Shown here piece by piece: positions 50,060 through 62,175 of a stretch of 64,000 bases of DNA; within the stretch, counting starts at the first letter, position 1; each line of letters begins with the position of its first letter. The notes below the pieces were generated by a model that was not told where the DNA came from, ran no database searches, and saw nothing but the letters and a program-made list of their open reading frames with translations. The stretch covers positions 186,001 to 250,000 of the forward strand of contig JBMRGM010000076.1 of assembly GCA_052327205.1 (NCBI GenBank), given 5' to 3'. This stretch comes from Somniosus microcephalus (taxonomy: Eukaryota). Both the position numbers and the translations under genes were made by a program.

Positions 50060-53000
50060 CTCATTAATACAATTATTGCTCTTTACTACTGAACATATTG
50101 AGGTGATGTGGAAAGCAAATGTTGTTTTCTTGAATTGTAATAACGTCATCTAGAGCTTAATGGGATATCGGGGCTGGTTTCTCAATCGCCTTCACATGCT
50201 GCTCCTGTACAGACAGAGCAGACTGGAGTTCAAAATCTAATCGGACGATTTAAACTGAACCTGTTCGAAGTAGAGCGCGTTCACTGATATAAAGGAGTGT
50301 ATCGGGGTCTGGGTCCATTTACAGAAAACTGGTATATTTTATTCAAGTTTGCAATTGATTGGGATCGTATGAGGTGAATATTGAAATGGTTTATTTAATT
50401 TGTAGAAGTTTCATTTAATACATATTTTGGGCAGTTTGTTTGATTTTAAGTTCCATCAACTTCAAATAGGGAATCAATTCTCCATTTCTGTCGGTGACAA
50501 TGAGCGGGTTTAGAATACTCTTCAACTGATTAACACCGATTTTAAATTGCCACTCGAGATTTGTGTCAAACTTAGATTTAAAACAGAAATCGGTCACAAA
50601 TACCGCGGCAGTTTTGTTTTGTTTTGTCCCCTGCGGCTCTTGTACAGACAGAACAGACTGGAGTTGAAATTCTAATCGAATTATTTAAACCGAGCCTGCT
50701 AGAAGCAGAGCGCGGTCACTGTTAGAATAGAGTGTATCGGTGTCTGGGGTGTAAGTGAAGTCACTGAGTGTAGAACACCAGTCAAAGCTGCACCTACTGC
50801 CGACTGAACCCACACACATTTCTGTGACTGATATTTCTCAGCAGAAATGCTGTCTGACCCCAGTGTTTTGCCGAGACTGGAACTAACACACAGTTTGTCC
50901 AGCGTTAGAGTGTTGTACCAGGTCTATAATATTGTATAATAAAATATTAACTAGCGGTGCAATCAATATTGTTTCAATTAGCATTAATTCTTAGTATTTT
51001 TTAGTACTTTATCCCAAAAGAAGATGTCACTGAAACTTCTTGAATCTCTGGGGAGTTTGCTGTGAGTGTTGTTGTTTAGTTTATCTATGTATACGCTTTT
51101 TATTACCACGATAATATAATTATTGGTCTTTACTACGGAAGACATTGAGGTGATGTGGAATTTTAAGGTTGTTTCCTTGAATTTTAATAGTGTCCTGTAG
51201 AGTTTAATGAGATATCGGACTGATTTCGCATTCGCCTTCCACCTGTGCCTTTTGTACAGACAGAGCGGACTAGAGTGGAAAATATAATCGGATTATTTAA
51301 GCTGAGCCTGTTAGATGTAGAGCGCATTCACTGATAGAATAGAGTGTATCGGAGTCTGGGGTGTAAGTGAAATCTCTGAGTGTAGAACACCAGTCAAAGC
51401 TGCACCTACTGCCGACTGAACTCACACACACATTTCTGTGACAGATATTTCTCAGTAGAAGTGCTGTCTGACCCCCGTGTGATAGAGTGAACTGAAATAT
51501 TTTAAAAAGTTTTTCAGTATTAGAATGTTGGATGAGTTTATAAATATTTTCTAATAAAATATTAACTAGTGGTGGAACCAATATTGTAAAAATTTACGTT
51601 AATCATTAGTACAATTATAATTAAATACACTCTCCAACTATTGATGTTAATATAATTTCCTAAATGTTTGGAGAATTTTCTGTGTGTGTTGTCGCTTAGT
51701 TAGTGATTACCTTCTAAGTTTTGAACTTTTAATATTAAATTATTGTTCCAGATCGAACAATTACCTGTACAGAGTCATGTAATAATTAAGCTTTCTCAGT
51801 CTGTGTCCACGTGCCCCATACTTTTCACACAGAGTCATGTAGAATTTAATGAGCTATTGAGATTGTTTCTAAATCTCCTTCCACATTCTCCATACTTTTT
51901 ATAAAGTGTCATGTAGGGTTTATTCATATTTCGGGACTTGTTCCTCAGTCTCCTTGCACTTGCTCGATATTTTTTGCTGAGGTTTTTGGTCGGTGACTCC
52001 ATTCAGTTTCTCTCTGTTTCCAGCGTGTGTTTGGTTATATTTATTAACCTCTATCAATAACAAATGCTGGTTTACTGACAGGGAAACGTTATCGTACTGC
52101 TATCAGACACTTTGTGAGTTTAAAGAGATAGACTTCTGTGGTTAAATTTATTTTATTTTAAAAAACCTATTGAATACTAAAATCCTGTTTTGTAGATAAT
52201 TTAAAGAACATTTTCTGCAAATCATAGAACGGAGAAAAAGCATGAAATGTCTATCACTCCCTGAATCATTGTCTCAAGTCGCCTGCTGATCAAATTCAAT
52301 TTGAAGAAAACGGGCATCTTCTCTTCAAATTTGTCATTCATTGGGATCGCATGAAGTGAATATTGAAATGCTTTACGCCTTTTGAAGAATTCTCTTTTAA
52401 AACATATTTTGGGTTGGTTGTTTCATTTTAAATTGCATCAACTACAAATAGGGAAACTTTACCCATTTCTGTCGATGTCATTCTATTCAGATATAAGAAT
52501 ATTTTACATCCGAATAGCAATTATTTTAAATTCCCAGGTGAGCCTTGAGTGAAATTTAGTTTTAAAACCGAAATCTAAGTCACTACCGCAGCAGTTTGTT
52601 TTATTTTGTCCCCTGCAGCTCCTGAACAGACAGAGCAGACTGGAGTTGAAATTCTAATCCAATTATTTAAACCGAGCCTGCTAGAAGCAGTGCGCACTCA
52701 CTGTTAGAATAGAGTGTGTCGGAGTCTGGGGTGTAAGTGAACTCACTGAGTGTGTTAAGATAAATACTACTTAGACGTGGAACCAATATTGTTCAATTTG
52801 CATTCATTATCAGTACAATCATTGTTAAGGTTACTCTCCAAACAAATATGTTCCTGAAATTTCCACACTGTCCGGGAGTGTGCGTATTGTTGTTTAGTCA
52901 GTGATGACCTTCAAAATTATGAACTTTTTATCTGAAATTAATCCTTCTATTTCATACATTTATATTAACAGTGTCACGTAATAATTAACGTACCTCAGTC

Positions 53001-54510
53001 TCCTTCCACATACCCATGTTTTTTATACAATATCAGGTAGTGTTTAATAAGATATCCCGACTGGTTTCTCAATCTCCTTCCAACTGCTCGATAATCTTTG
53101 CTGAGTTTGTCGGTCGATGACTTCATTCAGTTTCTCTCAGTTTCCAGTGTGTGTTTGGTTATATTCATTAATCTCGATCATTAACAAAGCCTGGTTTACT
53201 GACAGGGTAACATTATCGCACTGTTATCAGATGCATTGTACATTTAACGAAATATGTTACCGTGATTTATTTGATGTTATAAAACTGATTGGAAACTAAA
53301 ATCCTGTTTTATAGATAGCTTAAAGAACATTTTCTGCAAATTATAGAACGGAGAAAAATCATGAAATGTATCCCACTCCCTGAATCATTTTCACAAATCG
53401 CGTGTTGATGAAAATCAATTTACAGATAATGGGCATATTTCATTCAAATATGTCATTCATTGGGATCGTATGAAATGAAGTGAAGTGAAGTGAATATTGA
53501 AATGTTTTTGTTAATTTGTAGAATTTTAATTTAATACATATTTGGGTTGTTTGTTTGATTTTAAAATTCCATCAACTTCAAATTGGAAACAATTGTTCAA
53601 TTCTGTCGGTGACAGTAAATATGTGTATTATATATTGCATCTGATCAAAACTTACTTTAATTTTCAGAGGATCTTTGTGTCAAATTTAGATTTTAAACCG
53701 AAATCGAGCACAAACTCCGCACCAGTTATTGTTATTTTGTTCCCTGCGGCTCTCGTACAGACAGAGCAGACTGGAGATGATATTCCAGTCGGTGTTTCAA
53801 ACAGAGCCTGTTGGAAGTAGAGCGCGGTCACTGTTAGAATAGAGTGTATCGGAGTCTGGGGTGTAAGTGAACTCACTGAGTGTAGAACCAGTCAAAGCTG
53901 CACCTACTGCCGAATGAACCCACATAGAGATTTCGGTCCCAGATATTTCTCAGTGAAGCGCTGTCTGACACCATGTGATGCAGAGAATTGACCTATTTTT
54001 AAAAATGTGTTCAGCGTTGGAGCATTTGACAAGGACTATAAATATTGTAAAAGTTAAATATTAACTAGAGGTGGAACCAATATTGCCTCAATTAGTAATC
54101 ATTATTTATGGAGTTGTTATCAAGTACACTCATCATAACTGATGGTATTGAAAGATCCTAAATCACACCGGGTTTTGCTGTATGCTATTTTTGTTTAATT
54201 TGTGAGGATCGTCAAAACTATGAGCTTTTTATGTTAAATTAAGCTTTCTATTTCATACATTTATACGAACAGTGTCATGTAACAATTAATGTTTCTCAGT
54301 CTCTTTCCACATGGCCCATACTTTTTCTACAGAATCATGTAGTGTTTAATGAGATAACGGGACATGTTTCTCAATCTCTTGCCACATGTCCCATACTTTA
54401 TATACATTGTCATGTCGTGTTTCTTAATATCCTACCAATTACTCCATAGTTTTAGATAGCATTTAGTGAGATAGCGGGACATGTTTCTCAATCTCCTTCC
54501 ACATGTCCCA
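50060..54510. repeat. Complex degenerate tandem duplication in SRCR intron 1
   Basis: Five copies of an about 110-bp module (near 50206, 50641, 51254, 52619, 53753) in longer repeated contexts, plus about 75-bp sub-repeats (51790-51960, 54290-54510). Confidence 0.9.
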
Positions 54511-55769
54511 TGCTCTGGTAGTTTTGTGTAACAAATCCTGATTTTGTTTGTATATTTAACTTCGGCAGATAGCGATCAGAGCACTTTTTCCTGTTCTTGT
54601 CAATATTCGATGCGTGTTTGCTGATTTTCTAACCATTGTAACGTTTATCCAAGCACTAGTTAAGGGCTATGGAGATATTTTGTTTGAAATTACTCTTTGC
54701 GCTGTTAACGCGCAGAGTCTGGATTGTTTGGTGTGAGCTCCCTCTGGTGTTTTACTGGAGGTTTTAACCTACAATTAAAGATTTTCTATTCATTTGCTTC
54801 TTAAACATAACAGGAACTCATTTAATTGTGAAAGCTGTTCAAGTCGGACTTGAAATCATTTAATATAAAATAATTATTTGGATTCTTGACAGACCTGATA
54901 GTCTGACATGAGAACAATTTTCTTATAAACACTCTCTAGTGACTCTATTTTGTAATCTCAAAATGACCAATTCTAACAGAAGCGTTGAGTTTTTAACGTT
55001 TTTGAGTAAATACTGAAAGAATTTTCCCACTAGTCTGTCAATGGTTAACAATAAAGATGAATTTGCAGGACAGCAGAGTGTTGGGAAGGACTGCAGAGGC
55101 TCTCCTGGAGTGGAAGTTTGTAACGCTCTGTCAACATTACAGAGCCCGGGCCAAAACGAGACCAGAGAGATTCTGTTTGGAAACTGCTCTCATTCAAGTA
55201 TTCTTGACAAACGCAGCTGATGACAGGAATGGTGTCACGTTGTCTGTAATATATAGCCGGGAGAATAGAAAGAGACCTGGAGATCTGTGGGACACAATAC
55301 CATCAGGGGGGTTGGAAGCAGGTCAACAAACTGGCTGCATTTCAAAAAGCAGCAAAGCTTAAGCAGTGAATGAGAGGACCATCAACCGAATATCATTAAC
55401 AGGTAAAATGATGGACCAATCGGCGAGGACAGTTTACAAGAGAATTCGCTCAGCAGGAACTTAATGAGGAACACCCAGCACGGATATAGGAGGTGGGAAC
55501 CCGCCTGACAAACGGCTCATTTTGTTTTGTTTGGTGAACTTAGAAATAAAATGAGTAGCAGAAACTTCCAGTTACAACTTTATTGAAACTTTGAAATTTC
55601 CACGTGGAAAACATTGGTTTAAAATAAAAGAGATGAAATGCATCACACAATAAGATTATCTGTAACATAATTTCAATCATATTTATGTTCCATCATGAAC
55701 TTTGCATGGGAATCCTTTACCTCGCTACCTAATATCACTGTGAGAGAGCCCTCAAATTCGGCTGCCCTC

Positions 55770-56920
55770 AAAAGTTGTCACCATCCTCTGGCTGCTTCAC
55801 GACAATATGCCATCCGTGTTCCAGACCAATGGATCCACCACAAACCCAATTCACGTATGGACCGTGGTCAAGCAAGGTTGTGTTATCGCAGCAACGCTCT
55901 TCTCAATCTTCCTTGCTGCAATGCTCCATCTCATCCTCAGTAAGCTCCTCGCTGGAGTGGAGCTAATCTACAGAACAAACAAGAACTGTTCAACCTCCAT
56001 CACCTCAAGTCCAGGTCCAAGGTCGTCCCATCCTCTCTCATCAAATTACATTAAGCAGACAATGCTTGCTTCTGCACACACTCTGAGGTCGAACTCCAAA
56101 CCATCGTCAACACCTTCACTGAAGCGTACGTGAGCATGGGCCTTACCCTAAACATCCGTAAGGCAAAGGTCCTCTATCAACCTGCACCCGCCACACAATA
56201 CTGCTCCCCGATTATCAAAATCCATGACGACACCTTGGACAACACGGGCCACTTTCCGTACCTCGGGAGCCTACTGTCAACAAGGGCAGACATCGATGAC
56301 AAAGTCCAACACCGCCAGTGCAGCCTTCGGTCGCCTGAGGAAGTGAGTGTTTGAAGACCAGGACCTCAAACCCAGCACCAATCTCACAGTCAAAAGAGCA
56401 GTAGTGATACCCGCCCTCCTGTATGCTTCAGAGGCATGGGCCTTCACACAAACGCACACTGACCCCTGGGCGCACTCTCTCCTTGTGGTGACGGTGCTCG
56501 GGCCCCATTTATTACCAGTGTGTCGGTGCCCAGAGATGGCGGTGGTGATGGACCTGCTTCTCCCACCTAAAAGCACTGGAGAATTACCACGAATGCTGCC
56601 TCCGCAACATCCTGCAAATCCATTGGCAGGATAAAGGCACCAACGTCAGTATTCTCGCTCAGGCCATCATGTCCAGCATCGAAACTTTGTCCACGCTCTA
56701 TCAGATCCGATCGACGAGCCAGGACATCCGCATGCCCAATACGAGACTCCCAAAGCAAGCGCTCTACTCGGAGCTCCAACACGGCAAGAGAACCCCAGGT
56801 GGGCAGAGGAAACACTTCAAGGACACCCGCAAAGTCTCCTTGAATAAGTGCAACAACCCCACCGACACCTGGGAATCCCTGGCCCAAGACCGCACAACGT
56901 TGAGGAGAAGCATTCGGGAG
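55770..56920 (+). mobile_element. RTE-clade LINE fragment
   Basis: VKQGCVIAATLFSIFL, FPYLGS, AVVIPALLYASEAW and RMP..RLPKQALYSEL motifs. Confidence 0.88.
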
Positions 56921-57037
56921 GAGCAGGTCCATCACCACCGCCATCTCTGGGCACCGACACACTGGTAATAAATGGGGCCCGAGCACCGTCACCACAAGGA
57001 GAGAGTGCGCCCAGGGATCAGTGTGTGTTTGTGTGAA
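56443..57037. repeat. 122-bp inverted repeat (56443-56564 and 56916-57037)
   Basis: Arms are reverse complements with 3 mismatches; 351-bp spacer. Confidence 0.95.
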
Positions 57038-57269
57038 AATCATTCTCGATAAACTGTAGGCACTTTACAAATGTCAGGTTGCTGCATAGATTGTATTTGC
57101 GGTTTTATAAGGAATGAAGAACAGATGAAATCACAGACCCCGGTATCAGTTCTTTCGCAAATTGATGGGAAATTTTACCGCACAGTTCTTTGTATTTGTG
57201 ACTTTTTTTTCTGACAGTTTTATCCATTTCTTGCCCAAGCGAACTCTAATTCTCAATGTCTCATTTCAG

Positions 57270-57302
57270 GCAGACCCGGGAACAGTCAAGCTCACCCGTC
57301 AG
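57270..57302 (+). CDS. SRCR gene exon 2 (33-nt micro-exon, CRPGNSQAHPS)
   Basis: TCTCATTTCAG acceptor and CAG|GTAATC donor; phase 1-1; supplies a plausible signal cleavage site SQA|HP. Confidence 0.75.
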
Positions 57303-58089
57303 GTAATCGCCTTTTATTTTCACGTTATCTGGTATCTCTCTGCTCTGATCCATCCCATTGAATATTAAGGCTGGGTGACAATCTCAGGGCCTTTTTGATC
57401 ACCGATTAACCCGCTCCTCGTGTGTTCCTCGGACAACAAGAGTGTTTCCCGGGGACTGTTACTAAAGATCTTTAATTCCAGCTGAGAGGCGGCTGCTGCC
57501 TTCATGCAGAGGGACAATAAACGGGGTCCCTGAAGGGCAGAGTGTGAAGGGCCGGCTCCACTGACACTGCTGCCGGTCCCACAGCAGCTCTCACTTTCCA
57601 CCTCACCAATCAGTGCTGACATTAGGATCACATGACCATCCAGCCCCGCCTCTTCCTCTATTGTCTCCGGGGATTGGGGGGAATTTCTTCCAATCCTGAC
57701 TGGGGCTGTGCTCTCACTACGTTCGGCCAATCGGTGCTGACCATGATGGACAGCTGACCATTGTAGCCACGCCCATCCTCCGACCTCTGGAGGCTGGAAT
57801 ATATTCTGAGCCAATCGCCACCCGGCCCCGTGGGAGCCGCTCTGGCGCTGGGAACTTCCCGCTGACTCCCGGTTCCCTGCTCGTTCACACCGTTTATTAA
57901 TATTTCCCTCTCCCTTTTGCCATGTTTAATATTTACTCCGGGTTTTATTCGGGGTCTGGGCACAGTCTGATGTTCCCATTGATTCCTCACATGGTCCTTC
58001 TGGCCTGGGGAATGGGGGCGGTCCGTGCGCTGGTAGACTGCGGGTTTAATGCACTCTAACCGCTTGATGTTATTTCTGATATTTTACAG

Positions 58090-58404
58090 AGACGGTGAAG
58101 CTGAGACTGGTGAATGGGGGCAGTCCGTGCGCTGGGAGACTGGAGATTCACTACAGGGGACAGTGGGGGACTGTGGACCATGATCTCTGGGACCTGCCGG
58201 ACGCCGCTGTTGTGTGCCGGGAGCTGGGCTGCGGGGCCGCGCTGTCAGCACCGGGCGGGGCTCACTTTGGGGAAGGGTCCGGACCCATTGTGACGTATGA
58301 TGTTCAGTGCGGCGGGACCGAGGCCGCTCTGCGGGAGTGTGATTCAGATCAATGGGGTCACTCTTCACTGTCACACTCCTATGATGCCGGCGTCATCTGT
58401 GCAG
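58090..58404 (+). CDS. SRCR group-B domain exon (CD163/DMBT1-like); the gene probably continues beyond the window
   Basis: LRLVNGGSPCAGRLEI...WGTV...WDL.DA.VVCRELGCG.A...AHFGEGSGPI...C.G.E..L.EC...DAGVIC; 315-nt phase 1-1 exon with TTTTACAG acceptor and GTAAAC donor. Confidence 0.95.
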
Positions 58405-59335
58405 GTAAACATCTTTCTTCTGTCTCTCATCTCCCGCCGCCTCTGATTGTTTCCGGAATAAAGCGGAAGTAAAATTATCAGCGGGTGTCCGTCCCCGGAA
58501 AGCGAGAGATTATAATTCCAGTATTCCCCGGTTATTTTTAATGTTATATTATTAATATTAGGATTAATGTTTGTGTTATTATAATATTACTGTTATTTTA
58601 TACGATAAACACCCCCCCCCCCCCACCGGGAGCAGTAAATAGCTGACACTGGGCCCATTTACAATGCAGACAGAACAAGTTTCCATTGAGATTTGCCCCA
58701 AAGCCGCAGTGAATGAGCTGACCCGCTGGAAATGTCACAATCTCAATCCAACTCTCCATTCTCAACCCAACAGCCGCTACCGGGCATGCGCCGTGAGCCC
58801 GGCTCTGCGCCTGCGCTCATCGCTTGTTGTGAGATCTGATATTTTCCACAGACTGTGAATCTGAGACTGGGGAGGGAGGTTTCTCAGCCTCGGGGAGCCT
58901 GGGCAATGGGTCCGCGGTTACTGTGGGCAGCACGGGAGGAAATACACAGTAAGATCCCACAGCTGCCTGTATATTCCCATTTATTTCGAGTTTTGAACGA
59001 GACGAAAAATAGGATATAATCTCAGAGAAATGACTCCAATAGGGAATTCAGGAGCAACAAATTTACCCAGAGAGTGGTTCATTTGTGACCCGCTTATATT
59101 TATGGCTCCAAGTTTTGCTCACCCCACAAGTGGAAACCTTCTCTATTCTACCCTATCAAATGCTGTCATATTCTTAAATATCACTACTAATTCAGCCCCT
59201 CAGCCGTCTTTTTTCTAGCTTGTTCAGTCTTTCCTGATAGGTATTGCCTCTCAGTTCCAGAATCACCGTTGTAAATCTTTATTTTCTCAGTGCCTCTTTA
59301 TCCGTTTTATAAATTGGAAATCCGAACTATGCACA

Positions 59336-60630
59336 GGATCGGACAAAGTCAACATACATTTCCAAAGGGTAAATCATGCTTGACTAATCTACTGGAATTT
59401 TTGGAGGATGTAACTGATAAAATAGATAAGGGAGAACCAGTGGATGTGGTGTATTTGGACTTTCAGAAGGCTTTCGATAAGGTCCCGCATAAGAGATTAG
59501 TGTGTAAAGTTAAGGTACATGGGATTGGGGGCAAGGTACTGACTTGGATAGAGAACTGGTTGGCAGACAGAAAGCAAAGAGTTGGAATAAACAGGTCTTT
59601 TTCAAAGTGGCAGGCAGTGACTAGTGGGGTACCACAGGGATCGGTCCTTGGACCCCAGCTATTCACAATATATATTAATGATCGAGACAAGGGAACTAGA
59701 TGTAATATCTCCAAATTTGCAGACGACACAAAGCTGGGTGGGCGTGTGTGCTGTGAGGAGGATGCCGAGAAACTCCAGGATGATTTGGACAGGTTGGGTG
59801 ATTGGGTAGAAGCATGGAAGATGCAATATAACGTGGATTAATGTGAGGTTATCCATTTTGGTAGCAAAAACAGGAAGGCAGATTATTATCTGAATGGCAA
59901 TAGATTGGGAGAAGGGGAAGTGCAAAGAGACCTGGGTGTCCTTGTGCACCAGTCGCTGAAGGTGCGCATGCAGGTGCAGCAGGCGGTTAAGAAGGCTAAT
60001 GCTATGTTGGCCTTCATAGCGAAAGGGTTTGAGTACAGCAATAAGGATGTCTTGCTGCATTTGTACAGGGCCTTGGTGAGAGCACATCTTGAGTATTGGG
60101 TGCAGTTTTGGTCGCCTTATCTGAGGAAGGATGTTCTTGCCATGGAAGGAGTTCAGCGAAAATTCACCAGACTGATACTTGGGATGGCAGGAATGACGTA
60201 TGAGGAGAGATTGGATCGATTGGGCTTGTACTCGCTGGAGTTTAGAAGAATGAGAGGGGATCTCCTCGAAACTTATAAAATTCTAACAGGACTAGACAGA
60301 CTAGATGCTGGAAGGATGTTCCCGATGGCCGGGGAGTCCAGGACCAGGGGTCACAGTCTAAGGATAAGGGGTAAGCCATTTAGGACAGAAATTAGGAGGA
60401 ATTTCTTCACCCAGAGAGTGGTGAACCTGTGGAATTTTCTACCACAGAAGGCAGTAGAGGCCAATTCATTAAATATATTCAAGAAGGATTTGGATATATT
60501 TCTCAAGGCGAAAGGGATCAAGGGGTATGGGGAGAAAGCAGGGACCGGGTACAGAATTTGGATGATCAGCCATGATCGCATTGAATGGCGGAGCAGGCTC
60601 GAGGGGCTCCTATCTTCTATGTTTCTATGT
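59336..60630 (+). mobile_element. Young CR1 (RT to 3' end) nested in an older minus-strand CR1
   Basis: Nearly intact RT frame with a stop at 59839-59841. Flanks GAACTATGCACAG and TAATCTAAGTATGG rejoin as an older CR1. Confidence 0.93.
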
Positions 60631-60917
60631 TAATCTAAGTATGGTTCAACCAAGGTTCTATACAAGTCAAACATAACTATTCTCCTTTTCAATTCTGTCC
60701 CTCTAGAAACAAACCCCAGGGCTTTGTGTGCTTTTTCTATGGCTTTATTAACTTGCGTCACTACTTTTAATGATTTGTGTATCTGTACCTCTAGATCCCA
60801 TTGCTACTCTACCCAATTTAGGCACTTACTTTCCAAGAAAAATGACTTATTGTGTTGTTTACTATCCATTCTGCTACTACCCGAACTCATACATCAAATT
60901 CCCGGAATTTCACTCTA

Positions 60918-61046
60918 AAACAAAAGCAAAATACTCCAGCTGCTGGAAATCTGAACTAAAATCCGATAATGCTGGAAGCACTCCGCTGGCCAGGGAGCAT
61001 CTGTGAAAAGATAGAGTTAACGTTTCAGGTCGATGACATTTCATCA
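60918..61046 (-). mobile_element. Penelope terminal repeat with truncated hammerhead motif
   Basis: Minus strand TGATGA-AATGTC-ATC-GACCT-GAAACGTTAACT followed by the shared repeat. Confidence 0.75.
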
Positions 61047-62175
61047 TTACGAAAGCAAGAGGGAATATTCGGGGGCAGCTGCTGTTATTGGGGGAACAAT
61101 CCCTGTGCAGAGATGGTAGCCATTATCAAATGGAGTGGTCTGGGTCCCGCTTATCAAAGGGAACGGTCTGTGACCCGGTTATCAAAGGGAGCGTGTAGAG
61201 GTTCTGGGTCGTTGCCAATTAACCCTTTCACTCTCAAGTTCCAAAAGATTCGACTTGACCCGTATTGGTGACAGTTATTATATTTTGTTCAGTTTAAGTG
61301 AGATTTGATACATTACAGCATCTGAGCGGTAGTGAAACAAGGTGCAATCAAGATTTATATTTCCCGTTATGCCCTGGGTAGAAGACGCGATATCCGGGGT
61401 TCAACTCCAATCGGCCCTGGCCTCGAGGCTCGCCCGGCCGCCTGGTGTGACGCGTGTGGGTCCTCCAACAACCCGAATCCCTCCTCGGCTGGTCTGGAGG
61501 ATGTTCCCAAGCTCTTTGCTGACTGTCTCTACAATCTATGTGTTTGAGAAACTCCCTTCTTATACTTCATCCCAGCAAAGCCTCTGGTGAGCAGTTAACC
61601 CAATCACTGACTTACACCTGAAAGCCCCTGTGCAATTACAGTGATGCCCCGAACCTAATGATCCCGCCTGCCCCCGTCAGGCCCTCATCCCGTAACACCC
61701 TGACATCATCTGTTTTTGACCATCAAGACTCCTATCTGGGGTAGTTCTGGCAACACAAACGGAACATGTCTCCATAGGCTGAGATGTGGTGTCCTTGCTG
61801 TTTGACTATGTTTTTAATTCACTGCAGATATCAGAACATTCCACAAAGTGGCAGCCACACAGGACCTTGCTAGTTCTGTTCCCACAGATACGCTGTCTGT
61901 TCTTATTATTCTGTTTGCTGAGAGGCACTTTTAAAAAGTTAATCAAGGGAGGCCCAGCGCCTCGGTTTATTCCATTTTAAAATCTAATCAGGTCTACCCA
62001 TGGCATATTACATCAGGGTTTCCAAGTATGGTTATAATCAGGGTTTACAAGTATGGTTATAAATGAAGCAATACACAATGAAATCTTTAAACTAGAATGC
62101 ATAATATAATCATTGATTTAGTTCATTTCAGTAAGAGAAAATAAAAATGCGGATTTCCCAGGATTATCACAATCT

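Noticed and set aside
52890-53205. Possible C/D-box snoRNAs (GTGATGA...CTGA) in the intron array
   Set aside because: The boxes are not conserved in sibling repeat copies and the spacing is atypical.
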